DNA from: Nannocystis bainbridge
GTDB lineage: Bacteria; Myxococcota_A; Polyangia; Nannocystales; Nannocystaceae
Direction: 5' to 3'
Assembly (NCBI RefSeq): GCF_028368995.1
Contig: NZ_JAQNDL010000003.1
Location: forward strand, 512,001-576,000
Length of the DNA stretch: 64,000 nucleotides
Below the pieces are notes generated by a model. It had not been told where the DNA came from. It made no database searches and was given only the letters and a program-made list of their open reading frames with translations. The position numbers and the translations under genes were made by a program. Within the stretch, counting starts at the first letter, position 1, and each line of letters starts with the position of its first letter. Of the stretch, positions 8,841 through 17,661 are shown in pieces.

Positions 8841-11429
8841 GTGCCGCCCGCGAAGCTGAAGGGATACCCGAAGGTCTACAGCGTCGGCCGCTGGCGCGGC
8901 GCCGCCGCGGTACGCCGCGAGCACGGCGGCCAGGGAACGCTTACCGAGTTCTCGATCCAGCTCGCCCCCGACAGCGAGCCGCGGAAATTCGTGGGGCGGG
9001 GGCCGACGCCTGGCCACCGGCGGACGGATGCGATCCGCCAGGCACGCGAGGCCGCCGGCTTGCCCGCCCTGCCGCTGCGGCCTCGCAAGCCCCGCCAGCC
9101 GGGGCCGAGCGTCGCGGCGGCGTTGCAGGCCCCGGAGCGAGCGGAGACGCGGCGCCGGCTGGTCAACCGCGTGCGGGAGGTCGACGCCGACCACGCCCTC
9201 GCACTGGACCTCGAGGGCGCGGCCTGGCACCTGCTGGCGGACGCTGGCGACCTCGTCCTCGTCGGCGACGACGGGGAGCAGGTCGAGCGCTACCCCGGCC
9301 CGGAGAGCGCCGCCGACGAATTGCTGCGGCGCTTCGGCCCGGCGGTCGTCGACGCCGCCCGCGTGCGTCGTTTCTTCAACGCGCACGAGAAGGCCTATCC
9401 CCGCGGGTGGATCAAGCGAGCCGCGGAAGACCGCGCGCGCCAGCGCGACCGCGACCGCGACCGCGACGACCTCTTGCGGCGCATCGTCGACGCGCTCGCG
9501 GCCGGGCCGAAAAACGAGAGCGTGCTCGGGTGGACCTTGAAAGCGGACACCCGGGACGTGATGGACGCGATCCGGCTCGGCCTGGGTCGGAGCGTGCTGC
9601 GCTACGCGCCTACGTTCAGCGCGGGGGGCGGCGACCAATTCGAGCGCAACGATCAACCGTGGGGCCCCGGGCCCCGCGGCCACTACCCCTCCGGGCCGCA
9701 GCCGCCGCCGCGCTCGGCGCCCGAGGTTCAAGGCTCGGACGCACCGGCGGAAGCCCGCGCGGCGCGGAAGAAGTCGGCGAAGCGAAAGAAGCCGTCCAAG
9801 CGGAAGAAACCGGCGAAGCGAAAGAAGCCGGCCACGCGGAAGCCGAAGCCCCGGCCTCGCTGCGCGGGCTCGGTGCGGGCGGTGGTCGAGCGGGCCGAGA
9901 AGCTGAAAGCCCGCTATGACAACCTGGTCGCCGAACGGGCGGCCCGTCTAACAACGCGCCAGGCAAACCAGCGCGATGGGCTGATCGCGCGGCAGGCCGA
10001 GCGCGAGAAGCACCTGGCGGCCCTGGTGACGGGTCCGAAGAGCCCAGGGGCCCGGCGCCTGGCCGAGGCCGAAAAACGCCATGGGAGCCGCCTGCGCGCG
10101 CTGGAGGCCAAGCACAAAGCGGCCCTGGCCGCGCTGCCGCGCGCGGTCGAGTGCGAGATCCTCGGCGGAGCGCGGGCGCGGCGGGCCGTCGTTCGCGGCT
10201 GCGCCGACCTGTGCGGCCTCAACGTGGCCGGCGGCGTCGGCGGCGACGCCACGACGATCGCATTGCCGTCCGCGCGCGGGACTCCGCGTGTGTTGCCCGC
10301 GCGCTTCGTGCTCGTAGACGCCGAGACGCTGCGCCCGAGTCACGACCCGATCAGCTTTGAGCCGCGCGCCGACTACCCCGACGAGACGCAAGAACGGCGG
10401 TACGAGGATGACCCGGCCGAAAAATACAAGGTCGACATGATCGGCCAGAACATGATCCCCGGGTTGGTGCAGAACACCAACTCCGGCGCCGTGGACGGGA
10501 CGCCGATCATCACGATCGACAAGATCGTCTTGAGCGGCAACGGGCGGGCCATGGGCGTGATCCGGCACTACCGCCGCGGGCGCACGGTGCTTTCCGACTT
10601 CCTGCGCATACAGATTCAGATCTTCGGCATCGACCCCCGCGCGCTCGCCCGCGTGAAAAACCCTGTGGTCGTGCGCGTGATCGACGTGCCCGCCGCGGAC
10701 CGGGCGAGGCTCGTCCGCGACTTCAATACGGGCCTCACGCAGCAAATGTCGGCCGCGGACGAAGCCGCCGCGCTCGCCCGCCAGCTCCCCCCGGACCTAC
10801 CGGCGATGCTGCGCGCCGGCGGGGCCGACGAGGGGCTCGGACCCTACCTCGCGAGCAAGGCGAGCGCGCCCCTCGTGGGCGCCTTGGAGCGGTCGGGCTT
10901 CATCAACCGCGCAAACCGGGCGCGCCTGATCAGCGACGACGGCCTGCTCACCCAAGAGGCGCGTGACGACGTGGCGCGGATGCTCGTCGCCGCTGTGTTG
11001 CCGCTCGACCTCGCGGAGCGAAGCCCCGAGCTCGCCCGCGCTGCCGAGCGGTCGGCCGCGGCCTGGCTCGTCGCCGCGGGCGCTGGCTCGGCCTGGGATG
11101 TCCGCCCGACGCTGGCCGCCGCCGGCCGAGACTATCTGTCCCTTCGGGCATCCGGCGCGTGTCTCTCGCGTTGGCGGGAGCAAGGGAGCATGGAGCCGCG
11201 GCAGGCAACGGGCCCCATGGCAAGCACCATGCTCGAGATCCTCGACCTCGCCGCGTCACGCCCCGTCGTCTTCTCGAAGATCGCGGCCGCCTACGCCAAG
11301 GCGAGCCGCGCGGGCGGTCTCTTCGGACAGGCGGATCCCGGCGAAGCACTGCGCCAGGCCGCGGCCGACAACCACGTCGACCCGGCGAGCGCCAACAGTC
11401 GGCGTCGCTGCGCACGCAAGGCGGCCTGA
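8841..11429 (+). CDS. Large polyvalent-type protein with DdrB-like ParB domain and Lys-rich repeats
   Basis: LVDAETLRPSHD, YPDETQERRY and DGTPII...VLSGNGRAM fit DdrB-like ParB domains; KRKKP repeats near 9770-9850. Confidence 0.7.
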   Translation: MPPAKLKGYPKVYSVGRWRGAAAVRREHGGQGTLTEFSIQLAPDSEPRKFVGRGPTPGHRRTDAIRQAREAAGLPALPLRPRKPRQPGPSVAAALQAPERAETRRRLVNRVREVDADHALALDLEGAAWHLLADAGDLVLVGDDGEQVERYPGPESAADELLRRFGPAVVDAARVRRFFNAHEKAYPRGWIKRAAEDRARQRDRDRDRDDLLRRIVDALAAGPKNESVLGWTLKADTRDVMDAIRLGLGRSVLRYAPTFSAGGGDQFERNDQPWGPGPRGHYPSGPQPPPRSAPEVQGSDAPAEARAARKKSAKRKKPSKRKKPAKRKKPATRKPKPRPRCAGSVRAVVERAEKLKARYDNLVAERAARLTTRQANQRDGLIARQAEREKHLAALVTGPKSPGARRLAEAEKRHGSRLRALEAKHKAALAALPRAVECEILGGARARRAVVRGCADLCGLNVAGGVGGDATTIALPSARGTPRVLPARFVLVDAETLRPSHDPISFEPRADYPDETQERRYEDDPAEKYKVDMIGQNMIPGLVQNTNSGAVDGTPIITIDKIVLSGNGRAMGVIRHYRRGRTVLSDFLRIQIQIFGIDPRALARVKNPVVVRVIDVPAADRARLVRDFNTGLTQQMSAADEAAALARQLPPDLPAMLRAGGADEGLGPYLASKASAPLVGALERSGFINRANRARLISDDGLLTQEARDDVARMLVAAVLPLDLAERSPELARAAERSAAAWLVAAGAGSAWDVRPTLAAAGRDYLSLRASGACLSRWREQGSMEPRQATGPMASTMLEILDLAASRPVVFSKIAAAYAKASRAGGLFGQADPGEALRQAAADNHVDPASANSRRRCARKAA

Positions 11430-11663
11430 GTGCCCGAGGTCGCCGTCGCCGTCGCGCTCCTGGTCGCGCTCGTCTTCTTCCTCGGCGGCGTCGCGGCCCT
11501 CGTCGCCGTGCTCCGCGTGTTGCCGCGGCGCGTGGTGGCGCCGTTGTGCGCGGCGATCGACCGCGCGGGCGAGCGGCTCGACTCGCTGGAGCGGCGCCAC
11601 GGCGAGCGCCTCGACGCGCTGGAGCGAGACGCGCGCGCGTGTGCTGGCCGCACGCCGCCGTAA
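11430..11663 (+). CDS. Small TM plus coiled-coil protein (holin-like)
   Basis: A ~28-aa hydrophobic N-terminus, then a GERLDSLERR/GERLDALERD repeat; abuts the previous stop. Confidence 0.6.
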   Translation: MPEVAVAVALLVALVFFLGGVAALVAVLRVLPRRVVAPLCAAIDRAGERLDSLERRHGERLDALERDARACAGRTPP

Positions 11664-11686
11664 GGGTCCCGCGCGCCAGATCGGCC

Positions 11687-12172
11687 ATGCTTCGCGGACC
11701 GTTTAACGTGTATGTCGACGAGGCCGGCAATCAGAGCCTCAAGCCGGCCGTGTCGGGCGGCGGCGGTCCGCCGCGGTCGCTGCTCCAGTCGCTGGAGAGC
11801 AACATCCGGATCGTGATCGCCCGCTCGGCGATCGAGTACGTGTCCGGCTACTTCGCCGACCTCACCGCAGCCGGCAACGACGACGACATTTACATCCCCG
11901 CACCGATCACCGGGGCCCTCACGTCGATCCGGATCGTCGCCGGGTTCCAACCGTCCGCGAACATGCCGATCCAGGCGGCGATCGGCGGGACGAACGTCAC
12001 CGACGGCCTCGTCACCATCCTCTCGACCGATGGCGCGGGCACCGTCCGCAGCGCCAGCCCGACCGGCCAGAATGCGGTCACGGCAGGCACCACCGCAATC
12101 CGGCTGCGTCACAACGCGACGAACACAGTCGCCGGTCACGCCTGGGTCGTTCTCGGCTTCTCGCACGGGTGA
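11687..12172 (+). CDS. Beta-rich virion-like protein, paralog A
   Basis: Starts MLRGPFNVYVDEAGNQSLKP and ends GHAWVVLGF; similar to 12177..12641. Confidence 0.7.
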   Translation: MLRGPFNVYVDEAGNQSLKPAVSGGGGPPRSLLQSLESNIRIVIARSAIEYVSGYFADLTAAGNDDDIYIPAPITGALTSIRIVAGFQPSANMPIQAAIGGTNVTDGLVTILSTDGAGTVRSASPTGQNAVTAGTTAIRLRHNATNTVAGHAWVVLGFSHG

Positions 12173-12176
12173 CGCC

Positions 12177-12641
12177 ATGTCGGGGCATTTTCAGGTCTTC
12201 ATCGACGAGGGCGGAGCTTCGGTCCTCAAGCCCGCGGCGGCCGGCGGCGGCGGCGGTCCTTCGGCGGCGACGATGCGCGCGCTGAACGCCAGCGTAGCGA
12301 CCGCCGTTGCGCGGTCGGTCGAGTGGGTCGGCGGGTTCCTGCCGAATCTCACCCTTGGCTTTTCGACGGCGCGCATCTTGCCTCCGCGGAATTCGACCAT
12401 CGTCGCGTGCAACATGGCGATCGACTTCAACCCGACCGGGTCCATCCGGCTCTCGTTCCGGGTCGGGCTGACGATCTTCGGACAGGTGGTCTTTACGGCG
12501 TCGGACACGGCTGGCACCGTCAAGCCGGTCGATCTGGCGCCCGGCACCACGATCGCCGGGCTCCAGAGCATCGAAGTTATCGACAGCGGAATCGCCAACA
12601 CCAGCGCCGGACACGGACACGTGTTTTTCGGGTTCGCGTAG
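12177..12641 (+). CDS. Beta-rich virion-like protein, paralog B
   Basis: Starts MSGHFQVFIDEGGASVLKP and ends GHGHVFFGF. Confidence 0.7.
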   Translation: MSGHFQVFIDEGGASVLKPAAAGGGGGPSAATMRALNASVATAVARSVEWVGGFLPNLTLGFSTARILPPRNSTIVACNMAIDFNPTGSIRLSFRVGLTIFGQVVFTASDTAGTVKPVDLAPGTTIAGLQSIEVIDSGIANTSAGHGHVFFGFA

Positions 12642-12683
12642 GTGCCCGCGGCACAAGCGGGGGGACAGCGGCCATATGCGCCG

Positions 12684-13061
12684 ATGCTCCCCCGCCGCCT
12701 CGCGTTGTTGCTCCCCAACGCGCTCACCCTGATCGGTCTCGTCCTCGGCCTCGCCGGCGCGCTCGCTCTCCAAAGGGGGGAGGTCGCGGGCGCCGCCAGC
12801 CTCTTGGTTGGTGGCCAGGTCGCGGACGTGCTCGACGGGGTGGCCGCGCGTCGGTTCAACGCGAGCACGGCGGCGGGGGCGCTCTTTGACTGGCACGCCG
12901 ACTGCGCCGTCGCGGCTGCCGTCGCGTTCGCAGCCGGCGTCGCGTGGGCGATCCCGGTGTTCGTGCTCGTGCAGGCTTGGGCGCGCGTGCATGACGAGCG
13001 CGTGAGCGGCCGAACCGCCGCCATGCTCGGCGTCGTGGGGCTGGCGCTGGGGGCGTGGTGA
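12684..13061 (+). CDS. CDP-alcohol phosphatidyltransferase family protein
   Basis: PNALT plus the signature DVLDGVAARRFNASTAAGALFDWHAD (DxxDGxxAR...GxxxDxxxD). Confidence 0.85.
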   Translation: MLPRRLALLLPNALTLIGLVLGLAGALALQRGEVAGAASLLVGGQVADVLDGVAARRFNASTAAGALFDWHADCAVAAAVAFAAGVAWAIPVFVLVQAWARVHDERVSGRTAAMLGVVGLALGAW

Positions 13062-13156
13062 TGGAGCGGCCCGGCCCTTGGGAAGCGGTAGCGGAGGGTG
13101 CGATCTTCGCGTTCGCTATCTTCATCCTCCTCGGCTACGTGCTCGCCGGCGCATGA
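13061..13156 (+). CDS. 31-aa single-TM microprotein (not in the ORF track)
   Basis: MERPGPWEAVAEGAIFAFAIFILLGYVLAGA; TGATG overlap upstream and ATGA overlap downstream. Confidence 0.55.
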   Translation: MERPGPWEAVAEGAIFAFAIFILLGYVLAGA

Positions 13157-13674
13157 CGACCCTCGACGCGCACCCCCGGCCCGCGCCGCCCTGGCTGGCC
13201 GCGATCGCAATGGCCGTCGCGGCGTATGTCGGCGCGGACCGCTGCGTCATGGCGCAGGCGGAGCCGGCGCCCGTTGACACGCGCGAGTCGAGCACCGACA
13301 ACCGGGACGCCATGAGCTTCCCCCTCGCCGCCGCCCTGGTGTCGCTGCTCCTGCCGTTCGCCCTCCTCTCCGCATGCCGCGAGCCCGAGCCGGTCGAGCT
13401 GCCGAAGGACGGCGAATCCTGCAAGGTGGTCGACGACGGCGACGCGCCGTGCGCCGAGGGCCTGACGTGCAACACCGGCGACGGCTACCTCGGCAAGGAC
13501 GGCCACTGCGCGACCGCCTGCGAGGGCGACGGCGAGTGCGAGGACGGGCAATTCTGCAACGACGAGGGCGCTTGCACGTGGACATGCAAGGCCGAGGTCG
13601 ACTCCTGCCCGGTGGCGTCCGTCGAGCTCTTCTGCACGGCTGACGAGGGCGGCTTCTGCGTCGGCGCGGTCTGA
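13153..13674 (+). CDS. Cys-rich lipoprotein (alternative start ATG 13312)
   Basis: Lipobox LLSAC and many Cys. TTGACA-17-GACAAC at 13274-13302 precedes the internal ATG 13312. Confidence 0.65.
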   Translation: MTTLDAHPRPAPPWLAAIAMAVAAYVGADRCVMAQAEPAPVDTRESSTDNRDAMSFPLAAALVSLLLPFALLSACREPEPVELPKDGESCKVVDDGDAPCAEGLTCNTGDGYLGKDGHCATACEGDGECEDGQFCNDEGACTWTCKAEVDSCPVASVELFCTADEGGFCVGAV

Positions 13675-13757
13675 GCGTCGGCACGGTGTGAGCGACGCGG
13701 CGTCCGCGGCGTCGCGTCCGAGCGACGCAGCGAACGCCGGCCGTGCCATATCCGGCC

Positions 13758-15239
13758 GTGAGCGTCCTCGACCTCGTCCGCGAAGAGACGGGCCTCGACC
13801 TGTCCAACGCAAAATTGACGGTCGACAAGCTCGCGCCGGCGTTCGCCGAGCGGATCGACGTGGTCCTGCACGACCTGGATCGCGCGCTCGAGATCAGCCG
13901 GAAGATCATGGACGCGTATCGGATGCTCCTGGTCGCGCCCTCCCCGGTGGCCGCGATTGGCGTGGCGTACAACGCGATCAAGAGCGCCTGGGGTTACTTG
14001 CAGGGCGAGGCCAACAAGAAGGCCGCCGAGAACCTCGAACGCCGCGCCGCCACGCGCGCCGCCTTCGTCGCCAGGTACTACACCCGCGGCGCCTGGTCGC
14101 AGGTGTGCATGAGCTCGAAAGCACCGACGCCCAAGGCGCTCGACTTGACCAAGGGGACGAAGAAGGCCGGGGCCCACCTGAGCCAGTACGACCCCTATTA
14201 CGTGTGGCACGCGAGCCGCGTCGCGCAGTCCCAGATCCTCATGCCCACGTGGTCGGGGCCGCCATACGACGAGCCGGTCGTGCAGCCCGACCTGTGGGAA
14301 AAGGGTTTTTCTTGGCCGGAGCCGACGTTGCTCGGGGGGTTTCGCGGCCTCGCCTGCGGCGAGCCGCCGGGTGTGAAGCAGCCGAACGAGCCTTGCGCAC
14401 TTGAGGTCTGGTGGGACAAGCCGGCGCCCGTGGGCCCGATCCCTGGGGCCTACGTTGAGAAGTATTGGGGCAACGCGCCGAACAAGGGCTCGCCGGACGC
14501 GGCCAACGTGCTCGACGCTTCGGTCCTGGTGAGGGGCTACGCGCCGCCGCCGGGGTACACGTATCTTTTTTCGTGGGGCACGTACCCCTGGAGCGGCTGG
14601 CAAGGCCCTCCGGGTGGCTCGTCCGGGTCTCCGATCTTCGACAAGTCCGCGGACATGGCGGCTCTCGCCGCGGCGATTCACAGCCTCACGCCGCTTCACG
14701 CACAAATCCCGTGGGACGATGTCGCCCGGGCCTATCGCCACTTCGTGCAGGTCAGCGGGTGGCGCAAACTGAAGCCGCTTCCGGACAAGCAAGTCGACGC
14801 CGGCGTCTACCTGGACGCGGAGCGCCTGCCGACCTCGACCTCGGCGCTGCCGCTCCCGATCCCTGAGACGGGATATCCGTGGGAGGTCATCCGAGAGATC
14901 GAGCTCTTGTTCCGTAGCTTCTTCCGGATCCGGCGAGCGGCCATCTACCAGTGGGCGTTCACCTCTGACCAGTTTAAGGCCGCCTGCAAGACTTCGCGCG
15001 ATCCTCTCCTGCGCACGCTGGCCAACGGCGCCGAGCCCCCCGAACACGGCCCCTGGAAAGCGTGGGACCCCCTCGGCGAGGGGTGGGACGGCGGCATGAC
15101 CGAGCCCGCGCCGCAGGCGGGCAAGCCCCCCGGGCCGGGGGTGTGGGGCAGCCCGAAGAACCTGACCGCAGGCCCGGGTCCCGGCGAGGTCGTCGCCGTC
15201 GCCGCCGGCGGTTATCTGCTCTACCGGCTGTTCCTTTGA
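13758..15239 (+). CDS. Pro/Trp-rich hypothetical protein with C-terminal VAAGGYLLYRLFL anchor
   Basis: Long high-GC3 ORF; GTG 13758 follows GCCATATCCGGCC. Confidence 0.75.
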   Translation: MSVLDLVREETGLDLSNAKLTVDKLAPAFAERIDVVLHDLDRALEISRKIMDAYRMLLVAPSPVAAIGVAYNAIKSAWGYLQGEANKKAAENLERRAATRAAFVARYYTRGAWSQVCMSSKAPTPKALDLTKGTKKAGAHLSQYDPYYVWHASRVAQSQILMPTWSGPPYDEPVVQPDLWEKGFSWPEPTLLGGFRGLACGEPPGVKQPNEPCALEVWWDKPAPVGPIPGAYVEKYWGNAPNKGSPDAANVLDASVLVRGYAPPPGYTYLFSWGTYPWSGWQGPPGGSSGSPIFDKSADMAALAAAIHSLTPLHAQIPWDDVARAYRHFVQVSGWRKLKPLPDKQVDAGVYLDAERLPTSTSALPLPIPETGYPWEVIREIELLFRSFFRIRRAAIYQWAFTSDQFKAACKTSRDPLLRTLANGAEPPEHGPWKAWDPLGEGWDGGMTEPAPQAGKPPGPGVWGSPKNLTAGPGPGEVVAVAAGGYLLYRLFL

Positions 15240-15241
15240 CC

Positions 15242-15652
15242 ATGCGCGCCGCCTCCGCTCTCGTCCTCTTGCTCGCCTGCGGCCCGACGCCGCCGGCGAC
15301 CTCGGCCACCAGCTCGGGCACGACCTCGGGCACGACCTCGACCAGCTCGGGCACGACCTCGACCAGCTCGGGCACGACCTCGACCAGCTCGGGCACGACC
15401 TCGGCGACGTCGATGGACGCGCCCACGACCGGCTGCGGCGAGCCGACCGCGGGCTTTTGTGAAGAGCACCCTTGGGGCCGGCCGACGTGCGGCAAGCCCG
15501 TCAGCGCGGCCGCCTGCGTAGAGCTTTGGGACGCGCTGACCGGCTGTGTGGACGCGTGCGCTTACATCGCATGTGCCGACGCGCTTATCGCCGCGCCGTG
15601 CGGCGAGCGCCCCTCGATCTGCGACCCGCTGATCGCGTGCCCTCCTGAGTGA
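15242..15652 (+). CDS. Ser/Thr-repeat, Cys-rich lipoprotein
   Basis: Lipobox LLLAC; TSSGTTS repeats; Cys-rich C-terminus. Confidence 0.7.
   Translation: MRAASALVLLLACGPTPPATSATSSGTTSGTTSTSSGTTSTSSGTTSTSSGTTSATSMDAPTTGCGEPTAGFCEEHPWGRPTCGKPVSAAACVELWDALTGCVDACAYIACADALIAAPCGERPSICDPLIACPPE
15308..15403 (+). repeat. 21-bp coding tandem repeat ACCAGCTCGGGCACGACCTCG (4 copies plus a 12-bp partial)
   Basis: Copies at 15308, 15341, 15362 and 15383. Confidence 0.9.
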
Positions 15653-15705
15653 ACGCATGGCCGAGCCGCAGCCGCAGCCGACCAGCCTGACTCCGCCGCA
15701 GCGAC

Positions 15706-16025
15706 CTCCCGAGCCCGTCGCGCAGCGTCAGGAGTTCCCGTTCCTCCATCGTCTTGACGCGCGTCGACGCCAGGAACGCGGCGCTGGCGGCCTGTTCGCG
15801 CGGCGGGAGTGCGGCCAGCGTGCCGCTCAGCCGCGGCAAGGGCGACTCGCCGAGGCGTCGAGGGTCAGCGCGGCGGCGGCCGAGCGGAGCCGTGGGCCAC
15901 GCTGAGCGGGTGTGTGGACGCCTGCAGCTACATCGCTTAGTGGCCTCCAATCTGGACCCATTGTTCGCGTTCCTACCGGACTGAACGCTTGGCGGGACCC
16001 GCTGATCGCGTGCGAACGCTTGGCG
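15706..16025. pseudogene. Mosaic of degenerate gene copies
   Basis: 15706-15829 is a diverged direct copy of 22124-22262. 15864-16013 is a decayed copy of the 3' end of 15242..15652; GACCCGCTGATCGCGTGC occurs at both 15623 and 15996. Confidence 0.75.
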
Positions 16026-16300
16026 GACAAGTGCCCAAGCCCGAACGTCGACCCAGGCGAACTCTGACGCAATTCTCGCAGGCGCTCGGACATATGTCCA
16101 TGTGACTTGGACGATTGCCCGGTTCATCCGAACACATGTCCGGAACTCGGAGCGCATCCGAGCGAACCTAACATCCGTAGAGTGCGCATCTGCAGACAAG
16201 TCTTCGAAATCACTTCCCTCAACAAACTGGGGAGTCGCCGAAGTGGCGCCCGGAGCGCCGCATGCAGAACGCCATTCTCGTGCACCATTCAGCCAATCCC

Positions 16301-17641
16301 ATGTATCCCTCTCGCACCATCTCCACGTTTGCTACCGTGCTCCTCATGCTCGCGGCCTGCAAGCATCCCACGCCCGGTGACCTGCCACCGACGTCCGCCA
16401 CGGAGGGCGACACGAATCCCACGGCCCCTCCGATGTCCTCCTCCGACCCGACGCTGCCCACCACCTCGCTGCCCACCACGGGGGGCGGAGACGACCCTGT
16501 ATGGGAGGGCTGTCTGGGCACCGCCGACGGCGTGAATTCCGCCTTCGTGCACCAGTGCGCGGGCACCGGGACCGCAATCGTCCGGTTCGACGTCGAAGTC
16601 TCGGGAAACCCAGTCGTGATCCCCCCCTTCCCGCCGCGGCCGGTCACCTTCGGGCCCGGGGTGGAGGGCGAAAGCTACGAAGAGCCCAAGGTGATGGCGT
16701 GCTGCGCTCCGGCGTTCGATGATGAGGAAGACATGGTGCTCCAGCCACACTACATGGCCTGTTACCGTGACCTCGCGGAACAAGCGTGCAGGTCCCTCTG
16801 GTCGCAAATCCTCGCCCTCAAAGACAATCCGGACGTCCCTAACGTCGCGAATCCGCAACTCCAGAACCTGGCGGACTGGGTCGCGGAACATCAGCTGGAG
16901 TGCTTCACGGAGCTCTGGAAGAATTCCGGCGCCATCGACCATGAGCCGCAGAACGCCACCGACTTCTTCACTCTGAACCGTACCTGGGTGCTGGGCGAGG
17001 GTGCCGATACGCTCAATATCAAAAACGTCGAGTTCGAAATCCAGGATGCCGAGGTCAGCGACATCTTTATTCCGGCAAATGCCGCCACATGGGGCCTCTG
17101 CCGCAGCGCCAGCGACAACAACGACTTCCACTTCCTCGAGGTCGACCCGTCGGACGGGTACGTCTTCACGCTCTTCGAAGGAGATGCCGAACTGCTCGGG
17201 CCAGGCACTCCCGCCTACGAGGGCTCCGCCGAATTCTCCGCGAACTCGTTTATCTCCACTCATGATTCGGAGGTCGGAGTGTGGATCGATGCGCTGCAGC
17301 TCGACACGGCAGAACCTGCAGTGATTACGAACGGCACGACTTCCACGACAGTGGACCGCGCCCGCGTCGCCTTGCTGCATGCAGTGCACGCGACCCCGGT
17401 TGGCACCTTCCTGTTCGAGATCGATCCCGGTGGCGCCCAGTTCTTTGTCTCCGGGTTCGCGGATGGGGAAGCCAGCGTCGAAACGGTCTACAACGCGTCG
17501 ACGATCGAGATTGATCGCGCGCCTCCGATGCTCGTGGATCCGGAATACGTGTGGACGGTTTCCCCGTTCGACCTCGTGTATGAGGACGCCAACGAGGATG
17601 AGTGGACCCTCGCGATCGGGACGCTTATCTTCAGCCCCTGA
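16301..17641 (+). CDS. Acidic lipoprotein, cargo
   Basis: Lipobox LAAC; Thr/Pro linker; beta-rich C-terminus; lower GC than flanks. Confidence 0.75.
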   Translation: MYPSRTISTFATVLLMLAACKHPTPGDLPPTSATEGDTNPTAPPMSSSDPTLPTTSLPTTGGGDDPVWEGCLGTADGVNSAFVHQCAGTGTAIVRFDVEVSGNPVVIPPFPPRPVTFGPGVEGESYEEPKVMACCAPAFDDEEDMVLQPHYMACYRDLAEQACRSLWSQILALKDNPDVPNVANPQLQNLADWVAEHQLECFTELWKNSGAIDHEPQNATDFFTLNRTWVLGEGADTLNIKNVEFEIQDAEVSDIFIPANAATWGLCRSASDNNDFHFLEVDPSDGYVFTLFEGDAELLGPGTPAYEGSAEFSANSFISTHDSEVGVWIDALQLDTAEPAVITNGTTSTTVDRARVALLHAVHATPVGTFLFEIDPGGAQFFVSGFADGEASVETVYNASTIEIDRAPPMLVDPEYVWTVSPFDLVYEDANEDEWTLAIGTLIFSP

Positions 17642-17661
17642 GCCCACGGAGTCGCCTCACA

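Noticed and set aside
7895-9919. Arg/Pro-rich 674-aa ORF and similar overlapping ORFs throughout
   Set aside because: Off-frame artefacts of high GC content that overlap better-supported genes.
15308-15403. 21-bp tandem repeat as replication iterons
   Set aside because: It is in frame and encodes a Ser/Thr linker of a lipoprotein.
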